A stretch of 64,000 nt of DNA from a virus: the IMG/VR virus record IMGVR_UViG_3300025120_000001, positions 32,001 through 96,000 of that record; one strand, written 5' to 3'. The notes beneath the pieces were generated by a model, which was not told where the DNA came from, did not search any database, and saw only the letters and a list, made by a program, of their open reading frames with translations. The first letter of the stretch is position 1. The number at the start of each line of letters is the position of its first letter. A program made the translations under genes and the position numbers. Positions 48,201 through 56,833 of the stretch are shown piece by piece.

Positions 48201-51200
48201 CTGCTTGCGCTTAATGAATAATCATATGTGTAATTATTATCTCTCTTTTGTATCTCTGCGTGAAACAATTCTGAAGTTTCTTCATATCTGTGTGGATCAT
48301 AGTATCTACCTTCTGGCGTATCTTCCCAATCTCTAAATGGTAGATTAACTTCTGATTCTGTAAAGAAATCTACTACACCATTACAATGAGTATACATGTA
48401 TCCATATCTCATTGCAAATGCAGGATTACCTCCTTTGTTATCAAATATCTCATCAATACCTGTTACACATGAACCCGAACCTCTATCTAAATAAAATAGA
48501 TCATTTGGCATTGCGTCTGATGCACCAGATCCTATAATAGTTGTTAGTTTTTTTGCTAGTTCTGTAGTGTCATATTTCCTAGTGTCCATCCAAAATCTTG
48601 GATATGGGATATTTATTCTTTGTAAGTAGTTATAAGGGAATTGATCTGGTTGGCCATATAAAAAATCTGTGAATATAGGCATGATAACCTTCTCGGTATA
48701 TCTATCAACATATGTATCTCCGCTAAATATTGGTGTAGTTGTGTAAGTTCTATCTGGTTTATCATCAGTAGTATCTATTGGATATACACAAGTGGGCATT
48801 GTAACTTGCTTAATACCTTCAAGCTGACCATATTGATTTTCAAAGTTAAACTTTAATGCACCATATAAAACTGATATATCTTTGGTTTGATTTATATCAG
48901 GGTTCTTAATAAACTGATTTCCGGAACCTCCATCTGCATCGCCACCAAGGGTAAATCTTGATTTATCTACAGGGGCTCCAAATACCTGCGGTTCATCTAA
49001 TTCAGAACTTGTTTGAATAACTACAGTGTCTGGTCTAAATAAATTATTTACTTTAAAATCTGTATTGAATGTTTGAAAAGTACTCCCAATATAGTTTGAT
49101 TCTATATTTCTAGCTCTATATATTTGTCCAGCTTGTGTTTTATCATATGAATCAAATAAACCGTGAGAGTTATACTTATATGCAAAATCTTCCGCAGAAA
49201 CTAAGTTGTATAATAAATCTATAATTTTTTGAGCACCAATTGCAATATGTGTCCGAGAACCTGTTACATTCAAAACAAGTTTGTAAATGAAAGATAATGC
49301 AGAATGTTCTGTATCTTTAACATATTCTCTATCAAAACCACCACCTGACATACCAGGTGTTGCTGCTCCAATCGTTTGTTGTACTCCTCCAATAATAGGA
49401 AGTGCTATGTCATTAATAGCACCACCCATTGCCGTAACATCAAATATTTTAGAAGTTTCATCTAATAATACATTTATTGCAACATTTCCTGCTATAGTAC
49501 CAAGACCTACACCTAATGATGTGGGATAAGCAGCAATGTTAAATCCAGGAGCATTGGTTCCAACAGGCCCTATAAATACTGGCTGCCATGGTGCATTAAG
49601 ATTATTAGCATCACGTGTTGTTACTTTTTGTTTACCTTGCATTTGACCAATTGCATAACCAATACCTACAATACCGGCTACAATAGCAGCACCATTTCTT
49701 AATAATTTATTTTGAGGATGTTTTTCACTTACCTTAAAGTTACCTACACTTTCTCCGCTAACGGCTCCATAAATCCTAACTTCATATGGATTTAGAAAAG
49801 GTCTTCTAAACATTAGTTCTGGAGAGTGAAATGTAAATACATCTTTCCTATAACCTGTTATTGGTGTAAAATTGCTAAGACTGTCAGCGTAATTTGCCAT
49901 ACAACCACTTGTCTTAGGCATTGGATCAGTCTCCCATATAGCCCAGTTTAAGTTACCACCAGGTGTACCAACACCATCCCAGTGATATGTATCCGCTCTT
50001 AGATCATTGTAAGGAAAGTTTGGATATAAACCTTTACTAGGACCAAGATTTCCATCATTATTAGGAATATCATATTCCCTCATGTTTCTAAATATACCCT
50101 TTGCAAGTATAGATTTATTACCTTCTCTAGATCCCCTTAATATTTCATACCCAACAATATTAGGTATTATGGTTCCGTCATTGTATACCGGAGCTGTAAT
50201 GTTGTTAAACTCTACTCCCAATAATCTTATCTTAGCGCCATTACCTGATGATAGTGCTAAAGCAGGAGCAATTTCTTCAGAAGGCATCTTATGATGTCTA
50301 ATTTCTTTACCGCATAAATCTCCCCATATATCCGGCTTTGTTGCAGGATATCTTTCTGTAGACTGCCAATAAGCCATACCACCTTTGGCAATAATAACAC
50401 CGCCATCATCTGTAGTTAAACCTGCAATTGTTGTACCTAAAGGCGGTCCTGAAGTTGCTGTATTATATACTTGGAAATTATATTCTTGCCCTGAAGCACT
50501 TATAACATTAGTTCCTGAAGTAGTACCAAGATCTGGAGCAGGTTGACCGAATTGATTTTCAGCTGCAAGATCAGGAGCTCTTCCTGGTATATGGTATGAT
50601 GCAGATTTTTCTCCTGTATTGTATATCCACCTTATAAAAAAAGGATATACTTCATCTCTCATAAATTGAGTTTTATTACCACCCTCAAAATAATATCCAG
50701 AAGGATATTCGGCCACTACCCACTTAGCTTGTATTTGATTTGCTAAAGGTTGATAATTAAAATCAAATTGTTCTGTAGGTCCTTGTCTTATAAGATAGTC
50801 ATTTACTACATACATAGATTCTGATCTCTCATATGCTGGACTTCTTAAAAATAATAATGATAGTTGTACAGCAGGTAAAGCAGGGTCAATAAAATCAACT
50901 GATATTCTAGATTGCTCTGTACTGTAAACACCTAACTTTGTTCCTACTTTTGCACCTTGATTATCAGAAAATATAACCACTTCATATTCTTCAAAATCTT
51001 GATCTAAATTTGTTATATCAATAATTAAAGAACCACCGTTATTCCTATGATCAAAGAGTGCTTGTAAATTTGATACTCCTATATAATCTGTAACTTTTTG
51101 ACCATTTAATACATATGCAACATATGCCTGATAACTACCATTTCTTAACTGGCCGCCATCTTCATTTTTGCTAAGCTTTACGCAAGGTGTATCTAATAAT

Positions 51201-51739
51201 GGAGCTAACCTTAACTGTTCGCAATTTAACTCTGTGGTATCTTCATAAATAACGCAATCAGCACCGGGTGCAGATGTTATTATTTGTTTATATGGAACAT
51301 TATCTAAATTTAAAGTTCTAGAAGGATTATTACTATCATCCCAATATACTTGCCAAGTACAATCATAATTTTCCTTAGCTGCACCTGTTATTAAATATTT
51401 TCTATTAAAACTTAAACATGGATCATTTACTAAAGTTTCATATTTACATTCGCTATCATCAAATATTCCAATTTCAGAATTTATATCATCCGTAGAATAA
51501 ATTACCCACTGATCTCCATATGTTTTAATAGAACCAATAATTGTATAAGGTACTATAGCACATAAAAGATTTGCTGGTTCATTTCCTATAACTCCTATAT
51601 CTCCATCTACAGAATTATTTGCAGCATTTACAGCATGTCCCCAAACTTCCTTTTTATTAAGGCTGGGGAATGTATCTTTTTGCATTCCGCCTGAAAATGC
51701 ATTTGTTTCAGTAGAAGATGTATTTTGCTGCTTTGCCAT
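45290..51739 (-). CDS. Tail muzzle / stabilisation protein (crAss-like, P22 gp10-related) with inserted Cys-rich and PA14-like region
   Basis: FSGGMxKD start, FMRDEVYPFFIRW...YHIPGR, WTVSYDP...WISFHDW; position between ring and cargo genes. Confidence 0.8.
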   Translation of the reverse strand: MAKQQNTSSTETNAFSGGMQKDTFPSLNKKEVWGHAVNAANNSVDGDIGVIGNEPANLLCAIVPYTIIGSIKTYGDQWVIYSTDDINSEIGIFDDSECKYETLVNDPCLSFNRKYLITGAAKENYDCTWQVYWDDSNNPSRTLNLDNVPYKQIITSAPGADCVIYEDTTELNCEQLRLAPLLDTPCVKLSKNEDGGQLRNGSYQAYVAYVLNGQKVTDYIGVSNLQALFDHRNNGGSLIIDITNLDQDFEEYEVVIFSDNQGAKVGTKLGVYSTEQSRISVDFIDPALPAVQLSLLFLRSPAYERSESMYVVNDYLIRQGPTEQFDFNYQPLANQIQAKWVVAEYPSGYYFEGGNKTQFMRDEVYPFFIRWIYNTGEKSASYHIPGRAPDLAAENQFGQPAPDLGTTSGTNVISASGQEYNFQVYNTATSGPPLGTTIAGLTTDDGGVIIAKGGMAYWQSTERYPATKPDIWGDLCGKEIRHHKMPSEEIAPALALSSGNGAKIRLLGVEFNNITAPVYNDGTIIPNIVGYEILRGSREGNKSILAKGIFRNMREYDIPNNDGNLGPSKGLYPNFPYNDLRADTYHWDGVGTPGGNLNWAIWETDPMPKTSGCMANYADSLSNFTPITGYRKDVFTFHSPELMFRRPFLNPYEVRIYGAVSGESVGNFKVSEKHPQNKLLRNGAAIVAGIVGIGYAIGQMQGKQKVTTRDANNLNAPWQPVFIGPVGTNAPGFNIAAYPTSLGVGLGTIAGNVAINVLLDETSKIFDVTAMGGAINDIALPIIGGVQQTIGAATPGMSGGGFDREYVKDTEHSALSFIYKLVLNVTGSRTHIAIGAQKIIDLLYNLVSAEDFAYKYNSHGLFDSYDKTQAGQIYRARNIESNYIGSTFQTFNTDFKVNNLFRPDTVVIQTSSELDEPQVFGAPVDKSRFTLGGDADGGSGNQFIKNPDINQTKDISVLYGALKFNFENQYGQLEGIKQVTMPTCVYPIDTTDDKPDRTYTTTPIFSGDTYVDRYTEKVIMPIFTDFLYGQPDQFPYNYLQRINIPYPRFWMDTRKYDTTELAKKLTTIIGSGASDAMPNDLFYLDRGSGSCVTGIDEIFDNKGGNPAFAMRYGYMYTHCNGVVDFFTESEVNLPFRDWEDTPEGRYYDPHRYEETSELFHAEIQKRDNNYTYDYSLSASRFATNLTKGGVIQPRDYNPEIAETCFTNYPKRLIYSLQAQEESKKDFWRVFLPNNYKDFKDRVNIIKPTNKSGAVIFFPYQSPQMFQGLDQLQTDLGTKLTIGDGGLFSQPFQNLVNSDLSNEYGSCESQRGVMNTPFGFFFISQAQGKVFQQNGQGLQPISNSGMKWWFNKYLPSNLISQYPALEFSKLADNPVIGVGCQVAYDISDDIVYFCKRDYSVRDEYLNSVSYDAEADCFTFSGKLPPLNPHVDYKDPLVPPVYQKPGSRTAQLNQTNTQVGIEEVDANVIGIAEPIASIPSIPPIANTRCIEIGDPQYFNDCSWTVSYDPKSQAWISFHDWHPELNLSSINHFLTTQSGTTDIPQCPEGYVYNAITRDCERLINQTEPARVTVIDTPIGIQTECPEGFTYNEKTGVCESFTIFPVSCGEEIKVNKAQQEEVYGDFGTRFYESATGRPLPISSVSSSSPFRLDDALGNELLVDNYLPDPCGSWSSSCDLWRNRLNTVGVWTEAGNNPQPVGEWIGFTVCVQVEVQKEYCIGIAADNRTRFSVNGDLTVQLNNSDTNNFKYWHVIPITLNPGTNIITLEGYNDGSYASFGAEVYDADAATLATITDDATLATVTLYSTREATLGGIFEIGTTIGCSCPNGGILTNCGGQLQCIEIETVPLAGDCECESVGGGTLVYYDPIARNFTNPDGDCFDGDIPPPICRTVTCLCPPGSDPDAIVIQSGDCDDVYQAGPNGNPNYINPNPRMCTYNLLESTEPNFDIGGIWRHNYRCDLFANYYGIDYPWEVELVEHTGQNVMTIRSLEYQLESYVYKGDQFNACGDDRWHDLDFNFDESIIYNSEQVSGLLRLELEPKEDPLNALTYPIINSNDIQILYSKVEQKFRFNQFWDVTDDRGEFTNAERNILITECNGYIRNLNPVNLNYNKAEDQRKKFRHYYNKILLRRNLSNNRKMLLKLVNSKLNLSFR

Positions 51740-51741
51740 TT

Positions 51742-52647
51742 TTAAGATAGGTTATATAGTGCATTTCCATTAGGTGGAGAACTCTTAAACATATTATAGT
51801 AATTATGATATTGAGCTCTTCTATTTAAAGTCCACACTTTTCTAAGTTCTGCAAAATCAGGAGTATTAATAAATCCTAATGCATTATTTCTAGCAGCTCT
51901 TAAGCGTCCTTCAATAAGACCAAGTTGCTGAGAAACATTTTCGCCAGCAAATATCATATTTTCTAGAATTCGTTGTTTAAGAGCGTACTCATAATATTCA
52001 TTACAATAAGGATGATCTAATACTAAAAGATTACCATTATGATCTTCCATTGCGCCTTGATAGCTCATGTATACTTTACCGGTAGTAAAACTTGTAATTA
52101 TAAATCCATCTTTAATTTCTGCAATATCAGCAGCTTGTTCTCCTAAATTAGCGCAATCACAAGTGGCATCATTTACAGTATCTATTCGTAAGGGCATAAA
52201 AGCACTAAAGGTTCTATATTGAGAACCATTTACTCTTTGCACTAATTGATGTTGATTAGTATCATTGCATGTTTTTATAACACAAACATCTCTGCAAGTT
52301 GGATCATCACAAGGTCCGGATTCTCCTGGAGCGGGAACATAAGGAACATCATTAAACGTTTCTATGTGTGTCCCTGATGGTGGTCTATCAGCTATAGTAT
52401 ATTCCCCGCATCTAAATGCATAATTTAAGTATGCAAAGTCTGAAGGTAATTTGGCTTTACCATGTTCTATATCTAAAACTATTTCTTTAGTTCTATGAAT
52501 CCTAAGCCCTAAGTCATAGTTAACTCTTGTTGCTACCTTTATTAATGCAGCGGGATCCATCATGTTCTCTAATGCATAATTTGAAAAGTCAATTGACACA
52601 TCTTCATATAATGAATCAAAGGTTCTATATTTATGTGATATACTCAT
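51742..52647 (-). CDS. Tail ring / tubular protein
   Basis: KAKLPSDF...GFIITSFTTGKVYMSY...LLVLDHP pattern; immediately upstream of the muzzle gene. Confidence 0.7.
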   Translation of the reverse strand: MSISHKYRTFDSLYEDVSIDFSNYALENMMDPAALIKVATRVNYDLGLRIHRTKEIVLDIEHGKAKLPSDFAYLNYAFRCGEYTIADRPPSGTHIETFNDVPYVPAPGESGPCDDPTCRDVCVIKTCNDTNQHQLVQRVNGSQYRTFSAFMPLRIDTVNDATCDCANLGEQAADIAEIKDGFIITSFTTGKVYMSYQGAMEDHNGNLLVLDHPYCNEYYEYALKQRILENMIFAGENVSQQLGLIEGRLRAARNNALGFINTPDFAELRKVWTLNRRAQYHNYYNMFKSSPPNGNALYNLS

Positions 52648-52657
52648 TACTTATGTT

Positions 52658-52984
52658 TTAGCAATTCCATTTTCTTAAAGCCAAAGCTTTTCTAGTAGGC
52701 TTTCCATTAGGTTTTTTCATTGGTCCCTTTACTCCACTCATTCTTGCACAAAATGATTTTCTTCTTTTAGCTGACTTACTACCCGCTTTTAGTTTAGAAG
52801 GTTTGGTAGTTACTGCAGTTTGCAATTTAGATCCTGGATTCTCTTTCCTGTATGATGCAACACCTTTTGCATTCAAACCCCCTTTAGGATCTTTACCTTC
52901 TTTTCTAGTCCAAGCAGCTGTAGAACCGCCCTTCTTAAACATGCCGGGAACTCTAACACCTTGTGAATTGTATATTGGATTCAT
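52658..52984 (-). CDS. Small basic protein (DUF6321-like) with N-terminal YNxxGxxVPGM tag
   Basis: AWTRKEGKxPKGGLNAKG...RRKSFCARM...ALRKWNC. Confidence 0.75.
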   Translation of the reverse strand: MNPIYNSQGVRVPGMFKKGGSTAAWTRKEGKDPKGGLNAKGVASYRKENPGSKLQTAVTTKPSKLKAGSKSAKRRKSFCARMSGVKGPMKKPNGKPTRKALALRKWNC

Positions 52985-52985
52985 A

Positions 52986-53123
52986 TTATTTCTTTTTAGG
53001 TTTGGTGTGACGAAATCCTAGTTTTTTCATACGTAAATGATCTGCCATTTTTTTAGCCATAGTACCTTTCCCAGTCTTTGGGTTATACATCATGTGTGCT
53101 TTAAACTTTTTAGTTGCTGCCAT
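52986..53123 (-). CDS. Unlisted 45-aa basic protein MAATKKFKAHMMYNPKTGKGTMAKKMADHLRMKKLGFRHTKPKKK
   Basis: Manual translation; 1-nt gaps to both neighbours. Confidence 0.7.
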   Translation of the reverse strand: MAATKKFKAHMMYNPKTGKGTMAKKMADHLRMKKLGFRHTKPKKK

Positions 53124-53124
53124 A

Positions 53125-53424
53125 TTATTTTTTTTTATACATTCCAGGAACTCTTGTTCCTACATTATTATATAACGGCTCACCGCCATAATTTGCTTTT
53201 GAAGTTCTATTTCCCATTCCTACTTTTCTTTTCTTAGCAACTTCTTTTTTCTTATCAACCTGACTCCACGTTTTAGGAGTATTGCCAGAAACTTTTTTAC
53301 TAGGTCTACATTTCTTAATACCTTTAGTTTTAGAACTGCCGCATTCTCTACCATTCTGGTCTGTCCATTTCTCATTAAACCATCGTTTAAGAGCTGCTCC
53401 TTTAGCTGTCTTTCTAACCGCCAT
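53125..53424 (-). CDS. Small basic protein (99 aa) with C-terminal YNxxGxxVPGM tag
   Basis: LKRWFxEKW...CG...KCRPSKKVS..TPKT; TAATG coupling. Confidence 0.75.
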   Translation of the reverse strand: MAVRKTAKGAALKRWFNEKWTDQNGRECGSSKTKGIKKCRPSKKVSGNTPKTWSQVDKKKEVAKKRKVGMGNRTSKANYGGEPLYNNVGTRVPGMYKKK

Positions 53425-53603
53425 TATTTTCCTGCTTTCTTTTTTCTACACTTAGCAATCATTCCACTAGCATAAGCGGACGGAAATACTTTATGAGCTT
53501 TCTTAGCTGCATAGTAACAAGAATCTTTTTTGGTTTCTGATGAACCGCCTTTCTTGTACATACCGGGTACTTTAACTCCTACATTATTATACACTGATTC
53601 CAT
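53424..53603 (-). CDS. Unlisted 59-aa basic protein MESVYNNVGVKVPGMYKKGGSSETKKDSCYYAAKKAHKVFPSAYASGMIAKCRKKKAGK
   Basis: Manual translation; 3 nt after the upstream stop; TAATG overlap downstream. Confidence 0.75.
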   Translation of the reverse strand: MESVYNNVGVKVPGMYKKGGSSETKKDSCYYAAKKAHKVFPSAYASGMIAKCRKKKAGK

Positions 53604-53606
53604 ATC

Positions 53607-54281
53607 TTATCTATTAACGTTTACTTTATTATCTCCATCTTCTACCGGAAGTTGAACTGTTAACATCATTGCTTGAACAACAGCTTGTTCAATTTCTGCA
53701 AATAATGCATCCGGTATATTTATTTCTTGCATATATCTAGGAGTACACTCCGCATATTCTTCACATAACCATTGTCCTATATTATCATCAAATACACCTT
53801 CAAGTTTAATTGCATCCCATGCAACATTTGGTAAATAAATATATCCATTTAAATACCACCAATATTTTCTTTTATTGTATCTAAAAGATGTAGTTTTAGT
53901 AATAGATGTGTATGTTCCCGGTTGAGTTGCCTGAGCTTCAATTGAACTGTCAATTGAGCTAACAGTTCTAACCAGAGGACCCCAATAACCCTCAATAAAA
54001 TCAGGTAGTTTTTCTTTTGATCTTTTTATAGTACATCCGCTTTCAATACCAGAACAGTGGGCTTCAACTTTATCTACATCAATAAGTTCTATGTATGGAA
54101 GCGTTTTCCAAACAGCATTAAACTTCATTAATTTATTTGCAAAGTCTTGTCTACGCATGAACATTTGAGCATACTTTGTAACTAAACTATATACATATCT
54201 ATCAGTAACAAAAGCATCTTGAACTTCCGCTTTTACTTGACCACGCACTCTTGATATAACTTCTCCTATTGTTGTTGCCAT
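53607..54281 (-). CDS. Tail ring protein
   Basis: RSKEKLP...YWWYLNGYIYL...I(N)IPDAL pattern and position after the IHF-like gene, as in crAss-like tail modules. Confidence 0.65.
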   Translation of the reverse strand: MATTIGEVISRVRGQVKAEVQDAFVTDRYVYSLVTKYAQMFMRRQDFANKLMKFNAVWKTLPYIELIDVDKVEAHCSGIESGCTIKRSKEKLPDFIEGYWGPLVRTVSSIDSSIEAQATQPGTYTSITKTTSFRYNKRKYWWYLNGYIYLPNVAWDAIKLEGVFDDNIGQWLCEEYAECTPRYMQEINIPDALFAEIEQAVVQAMMLTVQLPVEDGDNKVNVNR

Positions 54282-54283
54282 AA

Positions 54284-54847
54284 TTATAGTTCAAATTCGT
54301 TATAATCTTTTAGAGCACTTTTATCTATTTTATTTTGATACAAATGCGCTATCTGATACTTATTTTGTATGACTGCATATTTAGTCCAGTCTTTTGGATA
54401 TTCAGATGCCACAGATCTTTTAAATTCTCGGCAGGCCTCAAATTTCCAAAGTTCTCTATTTTTGAATTTATATTTTACAGATGCATTAGTATAGAATATT
54501 TTGCCAATATTACCGTCTGTATCCCAATTGTTATTATGAAATATTTTACCTTGCTCGCTTGATCTGGCATAATCAATATTATTTTTATATTTTGCCGGAG
54601 AGCATGTACCTATAAACAAATAACCCAATGAGTCTGGTAACTGTACGCCATCTCTATTTTCTATTACACCTTCCCATAAATTCTTATTATAGAGTTTAAT
54701 TATCTTTTTTAATTTATCATTATGTATCCCGCTATATTTGGGATACTTTTCTTTAAATTCATTTAATACGTTCTTATTTAAAAGACTTAATCTTTTCTCT
54801 CTAAATCTAGGAGCGTTTAGATTGGGTTTTTTAAATTTTTTTGCCAT
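54284..54847 (-). CDS. IHF/HU-like DNA-binding protein of crAss-like phages
   Basis: KKIIKLYNKxLWEGVIE...VQLPDSLGYLFI...WKFEACREFKR resembles the HU/IHF helix-strand layout; basic. Confidence 0.55.
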   Translation of the reverse strand: MAKKFKKPNLNAPRFREKRLSLLNKNVLNEFKEKYPKYSGIHNDKLKKIIKLYNKNLWEGVIENRDGVQLPDSLGYLFIGTCSPAKYKNNIDYARSSEQGKIFHNNNWDTDGNIGKIFYTNASVKYKFKNRELWKFEACREFKRSVASEYPKDWTKYAVIQNKYQIAHLYQNKIDKSALKDYNEFEL

Positions 54848-54859
54848 AGCCTGTATATT

Positions 54860-54871
54860 ATAATTTACAAA
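54860..54871 (-). promoter_or_regulatory. Putative late promoter TTTGTAAATTAT
   Basis: Shared intergenic motif 12 nt upstream of the ATG. Confidence 0.6.
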
Positions 54872-54905
54872 AAAAACCGCACTTATAAAAGTTAAACATT
54901 AAAGT

Positions 54906-56132
54906 TTAATTTGCGGTATAGGTTATTTCACATATATTACCTTTACTTGGTGATTGTAATTCTAGTTTAGCTGATCGTCTATTACCTACAAACTTCTTGC
55001 TATAATGCCAATAATCTGTTTTAGATAAACTTGGTAAAGTTTTATGAATAAAGCCAGCGGTTTCATTTGTTGTAACATATTCAACTTTTTTATTTGTATG
55101 GAAATGTCCAGTAAACAATGTTCTATTCTTAGTAGATCCCCATTGCATTGGAAATTCAGTTGCATAAACAATAGGTGTATTTTTACTTACCGCATCTCCG
55201 TGTTCAAATGCGTTAAAGTTATCATTCCACACATGCACTTTTCTTTCTTCATATTCTATATCCCATGTTATACTAGGATGATCTTTTATTGATTTAGATA
55301 AAGCATGAACTAAATGAAATGAAGATAACCTATCATGATTACCGGGTACATAAACTATAGTCAAATGCTCTACGTGCTGGACCATTACTTCAATAGCCCA
55401 ATGCATTGCATCAAATGCCTGAATATATGCATCTGTAGCTGTTAAACTATTACCTACAGGTGTTCCGCTAGTAGTTGTTCCTTGAAAAGTATCCATGTTA
55501 ATTAAATCACCACCTACAACAAAAAATAACTCTTCAATATTATGAGAAGCTATTCCTTTTTGTATAAGGTCTTTAACAGCATCTTCAAAATCCCGGTCTA
55601 CAGTTTCATTACCTTCTTTTCCAAAATGAATATCTTGCAAAGACATGATACCGCAAACTTGTTCTCTATCTGGTGATAGTGAATATCCCTTTGGCTTAGA
55701 AAGATTAGGTATTTTATGTTGTTGTGGTTTCCATGTATCTAGAAGTTCTTTTAGATAATCCTCTTCACCTTTTTTAATTTTAGTAACAAGAGCTGATATA
55801 CGCCAATGATCAGACATCTGTTTATTCCAGTATTGTGATAATCTCCACTTTGTTGTGTCAATATTTAAAAGAATAATTATTTCATCTGGAGATTTTGGTT
55901 CTGTTTGTGAAATTCCTTGCAATCTAGCTTCTCCTTTATCAACATTTACATTCTGATCAAAGTTAATGTTTGCATTTCTTTGGAATTTATTTTTAAGTCT
56001 TTTTTCTTTTTGAACTTCTTTTCTAAGTCTTTTATATTCTGATTCTAAAATCCCAAGTTTTGCTGCGCAATAAGCAGCTGTTTTTTTCCACTTAAAGGTT
56101 TCTATTATCTGTCTCTTAAGTTTTGGATTCAT
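54906..56132 (-). CDS. Calcineurin-like metallophosphoesterase with N-terminal helical/HTH-like region
   Basis: All five motifs present: DIHFG, GGDL, GNHD, HGD, GHFH. Confidence 0.85.
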   Translation of the reverse strand: MNPKLKRQIIETFKWKKTAAYCAAKLGILESEYKRLRKEVQKEKRLKNKFQRNANINFDQNVNVDKGEARLQGISQTEPKSPDEIIILLNIDTTKWRLSQYWNKQMSDHWRISALVTKIKKGEEDYLKELLDTWKPQQHKIPNLSKPKGYSLSPDREQVCGIMSLQDIHFGKEGNETVDRDFEDAVKDLIQKGIASHNIEELFFVVGGDLINMDTFQGTTTSGTPVGNSLTATDAYIQAFDAMHWAIEVMVQHVEHLTIVYVPGNHDRLSSFHLVHALSKSIKDHPSITWDIEYEERKVHVWNDNFNAFEHGDAVSKNTPIVYATEFPMQWGSTKNRTLFTGHFHTNKKVEYVTTNETAGFIHKTLPSLSKTDYWHYSKKFVGNRRSAKLELQSPSKGNICEITYTAN

Positions 56133-56183
56133 AGTACTTTTTTTGATTTACGGTTTTATAAATGTATAAAAAATTTAATTAGG

Positions 56184-56215
56184 AAAAAAGAAGCCCAGTA
56201 GTTATACCGGGCTCC
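56184..56215 (-). terminator. Intrinsic terminator after the fibre genes
   Basis: Minus strand GGAGCCCGGTA-taac-TACTGGGCTTC followed by T6. Confidence 0.8.
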
Positions 56216-56266
56216 CTAACTTTGGTAATAAAAAACCAACAAATTATCACCTCTGTTATTAAAGGG

Positions 56267-56815
56267 TTATAGTAGTGTTGTAAATAAAATTTCAACACTA
56301 TCGCATGTTGCAGCACCAGCATCAGTTGATGTTAGTTTAACTTTATAATTAGTGGCTCCCACAAGACCTGTTAGAGCTAACTGCAAAACAGTAGGGCTAA
56401 CAACTCCAGCAGAAACATAACCTGTTCCAGGATCAACAAAAACTTCTATTTGAGTAGTTAGCGTTGATTCACCATTCCAAAGTATCATTGCTCCATTATT
56501 AGTTACATTAGCTGCATACAAATTATAAGGTGCATGATGTAGATCATCTGAAGTACATCCGCCAATTCCTTGACTCATCATTAAAGCCATTTTCTGAATT
56601 ATTGAATCTAACCTTTCTCCTGTTTCAATCTTTAAAAGACTTCCTGCAGTGCCTATTTGAAAAGTGGTTCCGCAATAACTTATACATTCTGTACAAGATA
56701 CTTCAGAACATCTTTCACTTCCTACACTACAATCTGTATAAGTACAGGGATTAGTGATTGCTGGATCTGAACAACCACATTTATTAGGATTACATTTATT
56801 ACAATTACAAGCCAT
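56267..56815 (-). CDS. Cys-rich structural protein with C-terminal FN3-like domain
   Basis: CNCNKC...CISYCG...GERLDSIIQK; LTGLVGATNYKVKL...FTTL. Confidence 0.65.
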   Translation of the reverse strand: MACNCNKCNPNKCGCSDPAITNPCTYTDCSVGSERCSEVSCTECISYCGTTFQIGTAGSLLKIETGERLDSIIQKMALMMSQGIGGCTSDDLHHAPYNLYAANVTNNGAMILWNGESTLTTQIEVFVDPGTGYVSAGVVSPTVLQLALTGLVGATNYKVKLTSTDAGAATCDSVEILFTTLL

Positions 56816-56833
56816 TTTTTTATTTTTTAATTA

